Assembly (NCBI RefSeq): GCF_054482595.1
Contig: NZ_CM137008.1
Reading direction: 5' to 3' (one strand)
DNA length: 64,000 nt
Shown here: piece after piece, positions 1 through 9,659 of the stretch
How positions within the stretch are numbered: the first letter of the stretch is position 1
Layout: each line of letters begins with the position of its first letter
The notes under the pieces: model-generated
Database searches by the model: none
Told to the model about the DNA's origin: nothing
What the model saw: the letters and a program-made list of their open reading frames with translations, nothing else
Translations under genes and position numbers: made by a program

Positions 1-67
1 TTTTTCAAGTGAAATTCAGCAAGAGATTTCATAAAAGTGTCCTGATAATTAATTCTTTAATAAGTAG

Positions 68-349
68 TTAATCGTTTTTCTTTTGAATAACGAAGGTGGC
101 CAGACTATTGATACTGCGCATATAGGACGGGTCGTCACTTTCGCTGATCTTGATATCAAATACTTTATCCAGCAGAACGACAATTTCCGTTGCATCGACG
201 GAGTCCAGTTTAAAACCATTACCAAACAGCGCAGTATCATCATCAATTTGCGCTTCATCGCGTTGAATATTCAGTCGCTGGATGATCTCCGTTTTAATGG
301 TCATCAGAACTTCTTTACGCTGTTCAATAGCGTCATTCATGGTAGACAT
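68..349 (-). CDS. stand-alone acyl carrier protein
   Basis: 93-aa ORF; phosphopantetheine-attachment-like motif KLDSVDATEIVVLL (Ser in DSV) resembling ACP consensus DSLDTVEL; SD-like AAGAGAG upstream of ATG. Confidence 0.75.
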   Translation of the reverse strand: MSTMNDAIEQRKEVLMTIKTEIIQRLNIQRDEAQIDDDTALFGNGFKLDSVDATEIVVLLDKVFDIKISESDDPSYMRSINSLATFVIQKKND

Positions 350-370
350 AATATTTACTCTCTTATTGGA

Positions 371-919
371 TTACTTGGTTTCACGGAAATTGATAATGGT
401 GCCCTGACTAATCAGCTTTTTACCGACGTACGCGGTCACGGAATAGTGTTTAAAGCCACTGGCATCCGAAAAAGCCAATTTGCTGACAACATCAATAGAA
501 TCACCCGGATAGGCGATATCTTTAAATTTCAGGTTCTGAGCAGCCAGCACGCCGCGTACCTGGCTGCGCCGGGTACGGATAATCTCCAGCATTTCAGGGC
601 GGTGAATGCGTGCGTGAATATCACGTAACGACTTCAGCTCTTCCTCAAAACGTTCGCGCCAGATATCGCAAATGTCGGTCAGGAAAGAGAGATACTCGCT
701 GGCCTGGCCGAAGATTTCCGAAATAATCACCCCGGGCATAATCGGATCTTCCGGGAAATGCCCCAGTAGATACGGTTCGTTATAGGTGACGTGTTTCACG
801 ACACTGACAAAGCCATTTTCACCGTATTTATAATCTGCAATTTTATCGACCATCAGCAGCGGCTGACGCCAGCCGCCCATTTCGAGGAAGATTTTCGAAG
901 GAATCGTGTATTTAGACAT
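371..919 (-). CDS. 3-hydroxyacyl-ACP dehydratase, FabZ/FabA-like hotdog fold
   Basis: 182-aa ORF with LLGHFPEDPIMPGV motif matching the FabZ/FabA active-site His region; 3 bp from the upstream reductase stop. Confidence 0.7.
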   Translation of the reverse strand: MSKYTIPSKIFLEMGGWRQPLLMVDKIADYKYGENGFVSVVKHVTYNEPYLLGHFPEDPIMPGVIISEIFGQASEYLSFLTDICDIWRERFEEELKSLRDIHARIHRPEMLEIIRTRRSQVRGVLAAQNLKFKDIAYPGDSIDVVSKLAFSDASGFKHYSVTAYVGKKLISQGTIINFRETK

Positions 920-922
920 AAA

Positions 923-1684
923 TCACCGCATGACCAGGCCGCCATCGATAACGATGGTCTGGCCGACAATGTAGCTGGAGGCAGAGGAACTTAAGAAGAC
1001 GATGGTGTTCGCCACTTCTTCACATTTCCCCAGACGGCGTAACGGGATGGTACTGGTTACCGCACGGACCACTGCGCGGGATACTTTTTTCACCATTTTC
1101 GATTCAATCATTCCCGGTGCGACCGCGTTGACGCGCACGCCCCAAGGTGCCATTTCTGCTGCCAGCGTGCGGGTGAAGCCGAGGATCGCCCCTTTTGACG
1201 CGCTGTAATTCGCCTGACCGACGCTGGGGATCAGCGCTGCAATAGAGGCAACGTTAATAATGGCGGGATTTTCTGCCGCACGAAGCAGCATCAGCGCGTC
1301 TTTCGTCAGACGGAAAATGCTGAACATGTTGGTTTCGATAACCTGGGTGAAATCCTCATAGCTCATCGAGGCAAACAGGCTGTCTTTAACGATGCCCGCG
1401 TTATTCACCAGCACATCAATCTTGCCAGCTTCGCGCTCTATCTGTTCGCACAATGCGCTCACGCTCTGGGGGCAGGCGAGATCGCACTGCACAATATGCA
1501 GTTTATCGCCTGCCGGATGGCTTGCTTTCAGCGTCGTTAATTGCACGTCGTTGGATTTATAAAGCGCATAAACATCGCAGCTCTGCTCCAGATATTTTTC
1601 GCAAATACCCAGCCCAATATCACCACTGGCTCCTGTCACCAGTACGGTTTTTTCATTTAAATCATTATATTTGTACATATTCAT
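923..1684 (-). CDS. short-chain dehydrogenase/reductase, FabG-like 3-oxoacyl-ACP reductase
   Basis: Rossmann motif TGASGDIG and catalytic YSASK (YxxxK) in translation; start set at internal Met (MNMYKY) to avoid overlap with upstream gene; ORF track gives 923..1720. Confidence 0.75.
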   Translation of the reverse strand: MNMYKYNDLNEKTVLVTGASGDIGLGICEKYLEQSCDVYALYKSNDVQLTTLKASHPAGDKLHIVQCDLACPQSVSALCEQIEREAGKIDVLVNNAGIVKDSLFASMSYEDFTQVIETNMFSIFRLTKDALMLLRAAENPAIINVASIAALIPSVGQANYSASKGAILGFTRTLAAEMAPWGVRVNAVAPGMIESKMVKKVSRAVVRAVTSTIPLRRLGKCEEVANTIVFLSSSASSYIVGQTIVIDGGLVMR

Positions 1685-1697
1685 CACATATGTTGAG

Positions 1698-2066
1698 TTA
1701 ATAAACGATGACAGTCGCAATGGCGTGGGTACGGCAATGCGAAATACTCAGGGAGTTATTTTGCAACCCCTGCCCGATAAAAATTTCTTGTAGTCTTCCG
1801 GAAATAACGAAATAAGGTGCTTTGGCCGCATCATGCTTTATTTCAATATCCTGGAAACGTACGCCATCACGAAAACCACAACCAATCGCTTTAACTAACG
1901 CTTCTTTCGCCGCCCAGAATCCAGAAGCCCGTTCATAATCAGGTTCTGCAGGATTAATGAGTAAGCGCTCATGAGCAGTATAAACACGCTCATAAAAAGC
2001 CATCTCTCCATTAATAATGGCTTTGGTTATTCTGGCAATTTCAACAATATCTGTCCCTATTCTCAT
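1698..2066 (-). CDS. holo-ACP synthase (AcpS-family 4'-phosphopantetheinyl transferase)
   Basis: 122-aa ORF; [13 protein letters not shown] and [11 protein letters not shown] motifs align with E. coli AcpS ([21 protein letters not shown]). Confidence 0.8.
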   Translation of the reverse strand: MRIGTDIVEIARITKAIINGEMAFYERVYTAHERLLINPAEPDYERASGFWAAKEALVKAIGCGFRDGVRFQDIEIKHDAAKAPYFVISGRLQEIFIGQGLQNNSLSISHCRTHAIATVIVY

Positions 2067-2081
2067 TAGTCTCGTTATCCT

Positions 2082-3701
2082 TTACATTTGGTACGAAAAA
2101 TTAAAATTTACATTCACCCGATCAATATCTAATGTCGCCGGGTACTTTAATGGGGTAGAAACGGAAAAGTTATACTCAAGACTTTTTATGTTTCCATCAA
2201 TACCAACTGCCGCGCCCACCAGTGATTCATCGCCATAAGAAGCGTCCTGATACACTTGCCCAAAATCAAGACCGGCATAATAATTAGCTTTCATTCCAGG
2301 CAAAGGAAATGCCAGCGTGTTTTTTATATAAAAACCATCATTCCCTGACAAACCTACGCTATTTTCAAACCCGCGAATACTCCAACGATCGCCAACTGTA
2401 ATTTGATCTTGCAAAGTCAGTTCACGCGGTGCGTACTGGGCAAAAAAAGCGGTATTGTAATATCCATTCTCTATTTGTCGGGTATAGTTACCCTCAAAAT
2501 TAAAGATATTGCTTACCGGGCTAACGTCGCCATATTGCATATCCGGCGTTTTTTCACCACCGAACCAGGTTAAAAAGCGTTGCCACGAGAGGGTTGAATC
2601 CCAGAACTCGCCGGGTAACTGTTGCTTATAATTTAGCCCCAACTTGATATTTCCCATATCCCGCGCCTGTAATGTCAGCTCCTCACCATTAAGCGTGTAA
2701 TTCGACTTTCGTCGAATGAGTTCTGCACTCCCGGCGAATTTTTTTGTTTTATCGCGATAAACGGTACGCGTCGCCTTTGCGCTCAAGTATTCGCTGGTGC
2801 CAACATAATCCAGCGAGATGTACGAAAGCGGAATCACCTGCTGCGATTTACTTTTGCTATAGAAAAAGCCGTACTCCCAGTACCCCACCGGAATGGAATA
2901 ATAACTACTGACGTTTTCATACTGTCCGGTAGTACTACGCGTACCGGCGAGATAAAACAGATCCCCCATTTTCGCTGGATTAAACAGATAACCCACCGCG
3001 GTTGTCTGGTAACGGCCCGTTTCTTCATCGCCCCAATTATTGTAACTTGCCCGAACGCTCCAGTTTTTCCCCCGGTGTGTATCAATATGAACGATGCTGT
3101 AACCATCCCGTGTTCCCGGTTCAATATTAATTTTCACATCAACGTCAGGTACTCGCTGAAGATTTTCCAGCCCCTGTTCAATATCGCGAATATTGAGAAT
3201 ATCGTTACGCTGAAAAGGTAACATCCATTCACTGATATCATTACCTTCCACAATCGTTTTTTCTATCTTCCCGGCATTAACCTGGAAACGTAGCTTGCCT
3301 TTAGAAATATCCTGTGAAGGAATACTAATTCGCGTTGTGATATATCCGGCATTAATATAATAATCCTGCAAGGCAGCAGCAATTTTTTGCACACCAGCAC
3401 TACCGACACAGCGTCCGGTAACTGCTTTATGTACTTCAGAAATCAACTGACCACCCAGAAAGTTATCTTCCAGTTCAATCCGATTAATGATAAAGCAATT
3501 CTTTTCCTGCGGCAGATCACCCAGAGTAAACGCATTACGTTGTGCATTTGAGTAAACATCTTTTTTTTCTAATTTATGCGCGCGCAACGTGCTTTCATCT
3601 GCATTTTTTTGCTGCTTGATCAAATTATCAAGACTGTCTTTCGCTGCAACTTGAAAACAACAAAGAATGAGCAGCAAACCAAAATTAAATCGTAATTGCA
3701 T
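2082..3701 (-). CDS. two-partner secretion outer-membrane transporter, TpsB (ShlB/FhaC/HecB family)
   Basis: 539-aa ORF with N-terminal signal peptide, POTRA-like region and C-terminal beta-barrel with RGF-type motif (WSIRGFENS); ends in aromatic-rich C-terminus. Confidence 0.85.
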   Translation of the reverse strand: MQLRFNFGLLLILCCFQVAAKDSLDNLIKQQKNADESTLRAHKLEKKDVYSNAQRNAFTLGDLPQEKNCFIINRIELEDNFLGGQLISEVHKAVTGRCVGSAGVQKIAAALQDYYINAGYITTRISIPSQDISKGKLRFQVNAGKIEKTIVEGNDISEWMLPFQRNDILNIRDIEQGLENLQRVPDVDVKINIEPGTRDGYSIVHIDTHRGKNWSVRASYNNWGDEETGRYQTTAVGYLFNPAKMGDLFYLAGTRSTTGQYENVSSYYSIPVGYWEYGFFYSKSKSQQVIPLSYISLDYVGTSEYLSAKATRTVYRDKTKKFAGSAELIRRKSNYTLNGEELTLQARDMGNIKLGLNYKQQLPGEFWDSTLSWQRFLTWFGGEKTPDMQYGDVSPVSNIFNFEGNYTRQIENGYYNTAFFAQYAPRELTLQDQITVGDRWSIRGFENSVGLSGNDGFYIKNTLAFPLPGMKANYYAGLDFGQVYQDASYGDESLVGAAVGIDGNIKSLEYNFSVSTPLKYPATLDIDRVNVNFNFSYQM

Positions 3702-3789
3702 TATCTTCTCAAACTAAATAAAGACAGCAGCAACCCCTGCGTGACATGACGCATTAATATTAAAAGCCACTGCTGTCTTTGGTTACATC

Positions 3790-6700
3790 TTACATGCCGA
3801 CAATAGTACCGGTGTTATCAGTTTCGTTTGCTTCTAACGCTAAACCGTAGAAGCCACCGAGAACAGCGTCTTTACCGCTATTCGTAACCTTATTTGCCGA
3901 TACGACAGCGACACCATAACTCAGCATATTGAGGTAGTTATAAATATTACCGGTGGTTTTAACACCCAGAGAATAATCACCCACAATATTTCCACGGTTA
4001 TTAATGTCATTCACGGCATTGATCGCGATGGTTTGTCCCAACATATTACTGTTGCTGTTGTTGGTAACATACTTCTGCGTATCAATAGTCAGCGCAGTAC
4101 CCGCCACAATGTCTTTAAAGTTCTCAACACCGTTCAGGGCATTAATGGTCAGCGCGTTGTCCGCCGCGATGGCATTACGGTTATACAGCGTGCCTTTCAG
4201 AACATTGAAATGCACATCTCCTTTACCGCTGATCCAACCATAGTTAGTGACACTGTTATCAACGCTCAGATCCAGGTTTTTGTCAGACGCAATCACGCCA
4301 GTGGCGGTATTGTCTTCCAGGCGACCATCGCTGGCGTTGTTCAACGACGCCGCATAAACGTCGAGATTACCGGCGCTGTACGTGGTGGCATAGTTGTTGT
4401 AGAACGTCCCTGCCGCACGGATGATGGCATCAGCCCCACTGCTGAGGAGCGCGCGGGTATTATCCAGCGTTCCTTTGGATAGCAGATTAAGCGGACCATT
4501 TTCAGCGATGATGCTGCTGTTATTGTTGTTGACGTTCTGAGCAGAAAGCGTGACACCTTCTTTACCTACGATGCCGCCAACGTTGTCGGTGATCCCAAAC
4601 AGCGCGCCGTTATTACGCAGGAAGTTATTCCCGTCGCGGTTTTCGAGGTTGCCGCCAGCGTTAATAACCAGCTTTTTATTCGCCGCGATCAGCGCAGTGT
4701 TGTTGTAAATCGTCGATTTAGCATCGACAGAAACATTCTCACCGGCAATCAAACCATAGGCGTTGTCTACGATGTTCGCCGTCAGAGTCACGTCGCCCGT
4801 TTCAGAGGTCAGCGAACCCTTATAGCTGTCGTAGTTGCCCGTCAGTGCCAGCGTGACATCGCCATAACCACGAATTTCACCGTTATCGTTGTTCAGATTG
4901 TTGCCTTTAACAGACAACACGCCGTTCAACGCATGCAGATTACCGCGGTTGTTACCCACGTTACCCTTCGAATCGATAATCAGATCGCCTGTCGCTTCGA
5001 TGGTCGCGTTATTGTTCGCCACGCTATTTGCCGACAATGCGATATCCCCATACCCTACCATATAGAGATAGTTATACAGGTTGCCTTTGGTCGTCACGTT
5101 CAAGTCAGCGTCACTGACAATGTTGCCACGGTTGTTGATATCGTTAACCGCGTTAATAACAATATTCTGCCCCACCATATTGCTGTTGGAGTTGTTGGTC
5201 ACATGGCGATTGGTGTTCATCGTCAGGTCGCCGCCAGCAGAAATATCCTTCCAGTTTTCAATACCGTTCAACGCGGCAATATCCAGCCCCTTTTCAGCCG
5301 CAATGGTATTGCGGTTATACAGGTTGCCGTTATTCACCGTGACATCAACATCGCCTTTACCGCTGATCCAGCCGTAGTTGGTAAGGCTATTCACCACTTC
5401 CAGTGACAGGTTTTTATCAGATGCTATGAACCCGGTCGCATTGTTATCGATCATCGTACCGCTGCTGCTGTTTTGCAGCGTGGTCGCGTCGATATCCAGG
5501 TTGCCCGCACTCCAGGTGGTAGCGTAGTTGTTGTAATACGTTCCGCCAACCTGAATAGATGCATCCGCCCCGCTGGTGACCAGAGCACGCGTGTTGTCGA
5601 ACGTGTTCTGTGCCTGGAGAGTCAGAGGACCATCCTCAGCGATAAGACGACTGTTGTTGTTATAGATGTTCTGCCCGGAAAGCTCGATGCCTTCCTTGCC
5701 GACCATTCCACCCGTTTGCTGAGGCATGCCGAAGTACAGACCATAAGCGTTACCGAAGTTATTGCCATCGCGGTTTTCGATACTGCCGCGCGCATTTATC
5801 TTCAGTTTTTTGCTGGCCACGATCAGCGCTGTGTTGTTATTGACGCCAGACATCGACTCCATCGTGATGTTCTGCCCCATCATGAAGCCGCCGTGGTTGT
5901 CCACTGAGTTGGCTAACAGGGAGATATCACCTTCTTCAGAGCTGATCACGCCAATGTTATTGGTCAGGCTGCCGCCAACGGCGACTTCAATACCCTGCTT
6001 ACCGCTGATCCCCCCGGTATCGTTACGCAGTGAGCTTCCCTTGATAATCACTTTGCTGTTGGACAGAATTTTGCCCGCATAATCGTCGACCGTGCTGTAA
6101 CTTGACAGGGAGACGTTGCCATTAGACGCAATCTGTCCGCCGTTGTTATTGATGTTGTTCGCACCAATTTCTACGCCGGTATCTGCAATAATGCCCAGAG
6201 AGTCAGAACTGCCGGTATCGGCGGTTTTGGTTGAACCATTATTTACGCTACCTGCCGCACCAATAACGATATGCCCGGTGGACGAACGGATCAGACCTTT
6301 GTTGTTATCCACATTACCGTTACTGATAATGGCGATATCGCCGGTGGTCTGAATATCACCGTTGTTGTTATTCAACGCAGCGGATTCAAGACCCACATAA
6401 CCGCCGCGAATCTGACCATTGCTGTTGTTGAGCGTTCCGGTTTTCAGCGCCACGAGCCCCGCTTCAATCCCGACAGAACTCCCTTTACCAGAGTTAATCA
6501 GCGTGGCGTTATTGGTATCAACCGCCAGCATACCTGCTGCGGCGAGCTTGCCGTTGGTGTTATCAATCGTGCCACTGTTAACGTAGATATCGCCCATCGT
6601 GGAGATGTTACCCGCACGGGTATTCACGATAGTATTCTTGTTGGTATTGAGCGAGATAGTGCCTACAGATGTCACCGTACCGGTGGTGTTATCCAGAGTA

Positions 6701-7602
6701 CCATTTGTCGTCAGGTTGATCGTGCTTGCAGACTGAATCTGGGCGTTACTGTTTAACAGATTACCTTTGGAATCGATGCTGACACCATTAACCCCACCTG
6801 CGATAACGCCCAGGTTGCGAACCCCTACACCTTTCTCGGTGCTGACCAGACTGATTTTGTTCGCATACATTCCGCCCAGTTTGGCAACATCTACGCTGTA
6901 ACCGTTACGGTAACCCGTGGCGGATACGCTACCGGTTACCTGGCCTGCGGCGTTAACATAGTTATTACCAGCAACAACGTTCAGCTCATCGGCAGACACT
7001 TTGCCGTTAACCACCACGTTACGGGACAGAATTTCTGTCGGGCTGGCGTTATCCAGTTTACCGAGCGTAATGGTACCGCCGTTCACGGAGTAACCGGCCA
7101 GCTTGTCATCCTGGATATCCGGCGTCCCGGTGGTTAAGGTCAGTTTACCTGTATTGATTGAACCGCCACCGTTTACAGTAATACCATTCGGGTTGGCAAT
7201 AATCAGATCCGCTTTATCCCCTGCAACTTCCATCATCCCATTAATGGTTGAAGGATTTTTGGAAGTAACCTCATTCAGGATCACCTTCGCCGACCCAGAG
7301 GTCAGATTACTGTTTCCCTGAATATTTCCGGCAAGTGAAGTATTGGATTCATTAGCGCTGTTATTGAAAACGACACCATTTTTATCAACGTTTAGGTTAT
7401 CCCAGATATTATGAGATAAACCGCTACCGTTAGGTTTGTTGATATCAACGACTGGCACACCATTGGCGTTATATACCGTTCCATTTTTTATGACTAATCC
7501 CGCCGCTTGAGAAGCTACAGGAAAAGACAACATCATAAGTATAGCAATAGGGGTTAATGCTTTACCCACCGTTGCTTCCTTACTTAAATTTATCATCGCC
7601 AC
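3790..7602 (-). CDS. filamentous haemagglutinin/haemolysin-like TpsA exoprotein
   Basis: 1270-aa ORF; extended signal peptide, TPS secretion domain with ANPNGITVNGG motif, Asn/Gly/Thr-rich beta-helix repeats; no distinct C-terminal toxin domain visible. Confidence 0.85.
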   Translation of the reverse strand: MAMINLSKEATVGKALTPIAILMMLSFPVASQAAGLVIKNGTVYNANGVPVVDINKPNGSGLSHNIWDNLNVDKNGVVFNNSANESNTSLAGNIQGNSNLTSGSAKVILNEVTSKNPSTINGMMEVAGDKADLIIANPNGITVNGGGSINTGKLTLTTGTPDIQDDKLAGYSVNGGTITLGKLDNASPTEILSRNVVVNGKVSADELNVVAGNNYVNAAGQVTGSVSATGYRNGYSVDVAKLGGMYANKISLVSTEKGVGVRNLGVIAGGVNGVSIDSKGNLLNSNAQIQSASTINLTTNGTLDNTTGTVTSVGTISLNTNKNTIVNTRAGNISTMGDIYVNSGTIDNTNGKLAAAGMLAVDTNNATLINSGKGSSVGIEAGLVALKTGTLNNSNGQIRGGYVGLESAALNNNNGDIQTTGDIAIISNGNVDNNKGLIRSSTGHIVIGAAGSVNNGSTKTADTGSSDSLGIIADTGVEIGANNINNNGGQIASNGNVSLSSYSTVDDYAGKILSNSKVIIKGSSLRNDTGGISGKQGIEVAVGGSLTNNIGVISSEEGDISLLANSVDNHGGFMMGQNITMESMSGVNNNTALIVASKKLKINARGSIENRDGNNFGNAYGLYFGMPQQTGGMVGKEGIELSGQNIYNNNSRLIAEDGPLTLQAQNTFDNTRALVTSGADASIQVGGTYYNNYATTWSAGNLDIDATTLQNSSSGTMIDNNATGFIASDKNLSLEVVNSLTNYGWISGKGDVDVTVNNGNLYNRNTIAAEKGLDIAALNGIENWKDISAGGDLTMNTNRHVTNNSNSNMVGQNIVINAVNDINNRGNIVSDADLNVTTKGNLYNYLYMVGYGDIALSANSVANNNATIEATGDLIIDSKGNVGNNRGNLHALNGVLSVKGNNLNNDNGEIRGYGDVTLALTGNYDSYKGSLTSETGDVTLTANIVDNAYGLIAGENVSVDAKSTIYNNTALIAANKKLVINAGGNLENRDGNNFLRNNGALFGITDNVGGIVGKEGVTLSAQNVNNNNSSIIAENGPLNLLSKGTLDNTRALLSSGADAIIRAAGTFYNNYATTYSAGNLDVYAASLNNASDGRLEDNTATGVIASDKNLDLSVDNSVTNYGWISGKGDVHFNVLKGTLYNRNAIAADNALTINALNGVENFKDIVAGTALTIDTQKYVTNNSNSNMLGQTIAINAVNDINNRGNIVGDYSLGVKTTGNIYNYLNMLSYGVAVVSANKVTNSGKDAVLGGFYGLALEANETDNTGTIVGM
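3853..5907 (-). repeat. internal tandem duplication inside tpsA (two diverged ~1.13 kb units)
   Basis: Protein residues ~566-872 and ~944-1250 align (e.g. NNTALIVASKKLKINARGSIENRDGNNF vs NNTALIAANKKLVINAGGNLENRDGNNF; TNYGWISGKGDV in both); DNA segments near 4180-4330 and 5285-5440 are visibly similar. Confidence 0.6.
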
Positions 7603-7863
7603 TAACGTTTTCCTTATTGATGCTATTCATTTTGGACATGCAGATCACTTTTGATGACTCACGGAATATCAGCAAAAATGATTGCGGCAAATCCTATCAC
7701 CAGGCGCAATAAAAAATCACGAAAAATAAGCTGAAATAAGGACTCAAAAAACAACTAAGAGTTATTGTTTTTTCATCGAACGGCGAAGTACCTAACTTAC
7801 TAAAACACAATAATTTAAAAGTTTCCCATCCTTCCTCCTTGGGTGAAAAAAATCCAATTTAGA

Positions 7864-7914
7864 GGATGTCTGAAATGATATGTAGTTTTCTGTACGACAT
7901 CATTTCAGACATCC
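7864..7914. repeat. perfect 16-bp inverted repeat (GGATGTCTGAAATGAT / ATCATTTCAGACATCC) with 19-bp spacer
   Basis: Read directly from sequence at 7864-7879 and 7899-7914; lies ~260 bp upstream of tpsA start in a 1.4 kb AT-rich intergenic region. Confidence 0.6.
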
Positions 7915-8993
7915 GAATAAAACAACAAAGTTGGTGAGCTACAATTAATTTAAATCTTGTCATTTGATTAACAAAGCATCAGCATTACTGCATCTTATTC
8001 TCTATATCTTTTACGTCGGGGTAGATTCGTTATGGTCATTACGGGCAGGCACCATTTCATTATATTACCATTTGCATTCACGCTTGTAACCCTTAAGAGT
8101 TATATAAAAGGAAATAGTTCTTGCTCATGGTAATACTGAGATCGGATTAACCATGAGGTTAGCTATATAGAGAGAGCTTTGGCTTTGCGACAATTGGCTT
8201 AAGCAGCCACATTATGTCTGGCTTATCGTTGAAAGATAGAAAGATGGGCAAAACGGTTTTACAAGGTTTCATTCCCATCTAATAGCAATCACCGCTATAC
8301 ATCATCCCTTAACGTACTCTGGCCTTCATAAAAATGTTATTCAAAATTAAAGATTGTAATGATTTTCATAATGTTGTTATTATTTTGCAACAAATAAATC
8401 TAACACAATGATTATTAGCTATTTTTTATTAGTTAAGAGGAGTTGTTTTTTACAGACTGCGCTATAATTCCGCTCATTTTTCACCACAGGAAAAGCTGAA
8501 GTAATCTTAAATGACTGTATTAACCCTTTTCTCCGCTGCCAGCACTCTTATATATCGTTGTTTTATTCTTATAAAAATGGTTTTTTTGACATAAAAAGTA
8601 ATAGGTTCAGCCATTATGCAGAATTTACAACCTGATAAAATCGCAAAAACCCTCCTTACCCAGAATAAAAATCTGATCATCATCTTTCGGTAAGAATTAA
8701 ATTACTATATTACCGTTCAACATCAGTATGAATGAAAATTCAATTGTTATACATGTGATGAATGTCATATATTGTGCTCATCGATTGCAGGACATCGCTA
8801 TTCTTTTAGAGATACAGATATCACGCTGTTACTCTCTATATAAAGAACACACAAAGATTAGTTGTGTTACTGCAGTTGTTATGTCGCATATGGAAAGCCC
8901 ATTGTTACATCTTTAGTAAAAAGATTTATTCACTTTCAAAATTTTTACTGCATGAAGATGGGCTGTTTTGCTGCAAGCAATTGAGTTAGTGCA

Positions 8994-9617
8994 ATGAACA
9001 AGAACTTACTAACAAGGGTAATTATCATTTCGGATGATCTATATTACCTTCAGGGATTAAGTGCAAAACTAGGTCACCATTATCGTTTTTTTATTGAGTG
9101 TTTTTTTTGTTCTCAAAATGCATGTAATAATGACCTAAGTACACTTAGATTTGATAACCGCTTTACCAAAAACGTACTTCTTGTCGCAGTGGATGACGTA
9201 AGTATACTTGCAAAACTGCCAGATTTGGCCAGGTTTTTAATGATTGTTTCACTAAGAAAGATGAAAAACAGAAATATCTTCTTTTCACTTTCAGAGCAAA
9301 CATTCATTAGCCGATATATAAAATTGAATAAACTCATTACTTTGATTAAAAGCACTGATAAAGACCAGCAAGTCAGGCAGGTGACTCTGACAAGGTATGA
9401 GTGGGATATCTATTACTTATATTTTAAGATAGATAACAAAAGAATATTGCACACCCTGCTAAAAAAGGATGTCAAGTATATTAGTCACTATAAAATATCA
9501 GTTTTTAACAAGTTTGAAATTGCTTGTGATAGTGATGGCTTTTACATTTTCAAGGCACTTATACAGTTAAGGAGATTTACCGGTTTTAAAAACGTCAGAT
9601 TGTATCAATTGCATTAA
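8994..9617 (+). CDS. putative fimbrial operon regulator (LuxR/MatA-like, tentative)
   Basis: 207-aa AT-rich ORF immediately upstream of the pilin gene; C-terminal LTRYEWDIYYL...ISVFNKFEI loosely resembles a LuxR-type HTH; architecture parallels ecpR/matA-type regulators; weak. Confidence 0.4.
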   Translation: MNKNLLTRVIIISDDLYYLQGLSAKLGHHYRFFIECFFCSQNACNNDLSTLRFDNRFTKNVLLVAVDDVSILAKLPDLARFLMIVSLRKMKNRNIFFSLSEQTFISRYIKLNKLITLIKSTDKDQQVRQVTLTRYEWDIYYLYFKIDNKRILHTLLKKDVKYISHYKISVFNKFEIACDSDGFYIFKALIQLRRFTGFKNVRLYQLH

Positions 9618-9659
9618 TTAACTCGTTCTATATTAACTCTAAATTTCAAGGATATTATT

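Noticed and set aside
4033-6756. Several plus-strand ORFs of 98-161 aa (e.g. 4033..4482, 4933..5406, 5473..5907, 6271..6756) inside the tpsA region
   Set aside because: They lie antisense to the 1270-aa TpsA ORF, are Arg/Val/His-rich low-complexity translations of the repeat-rich gene, and have no RBS; treated as shadow ORFs.
8728-8916. 62-aa ORF in the AT-rich tpsA-fimbrial intergenic region
   Set aside because: No RBS, AT-rich random-looking translation; kept only as part of the intergenic observation.
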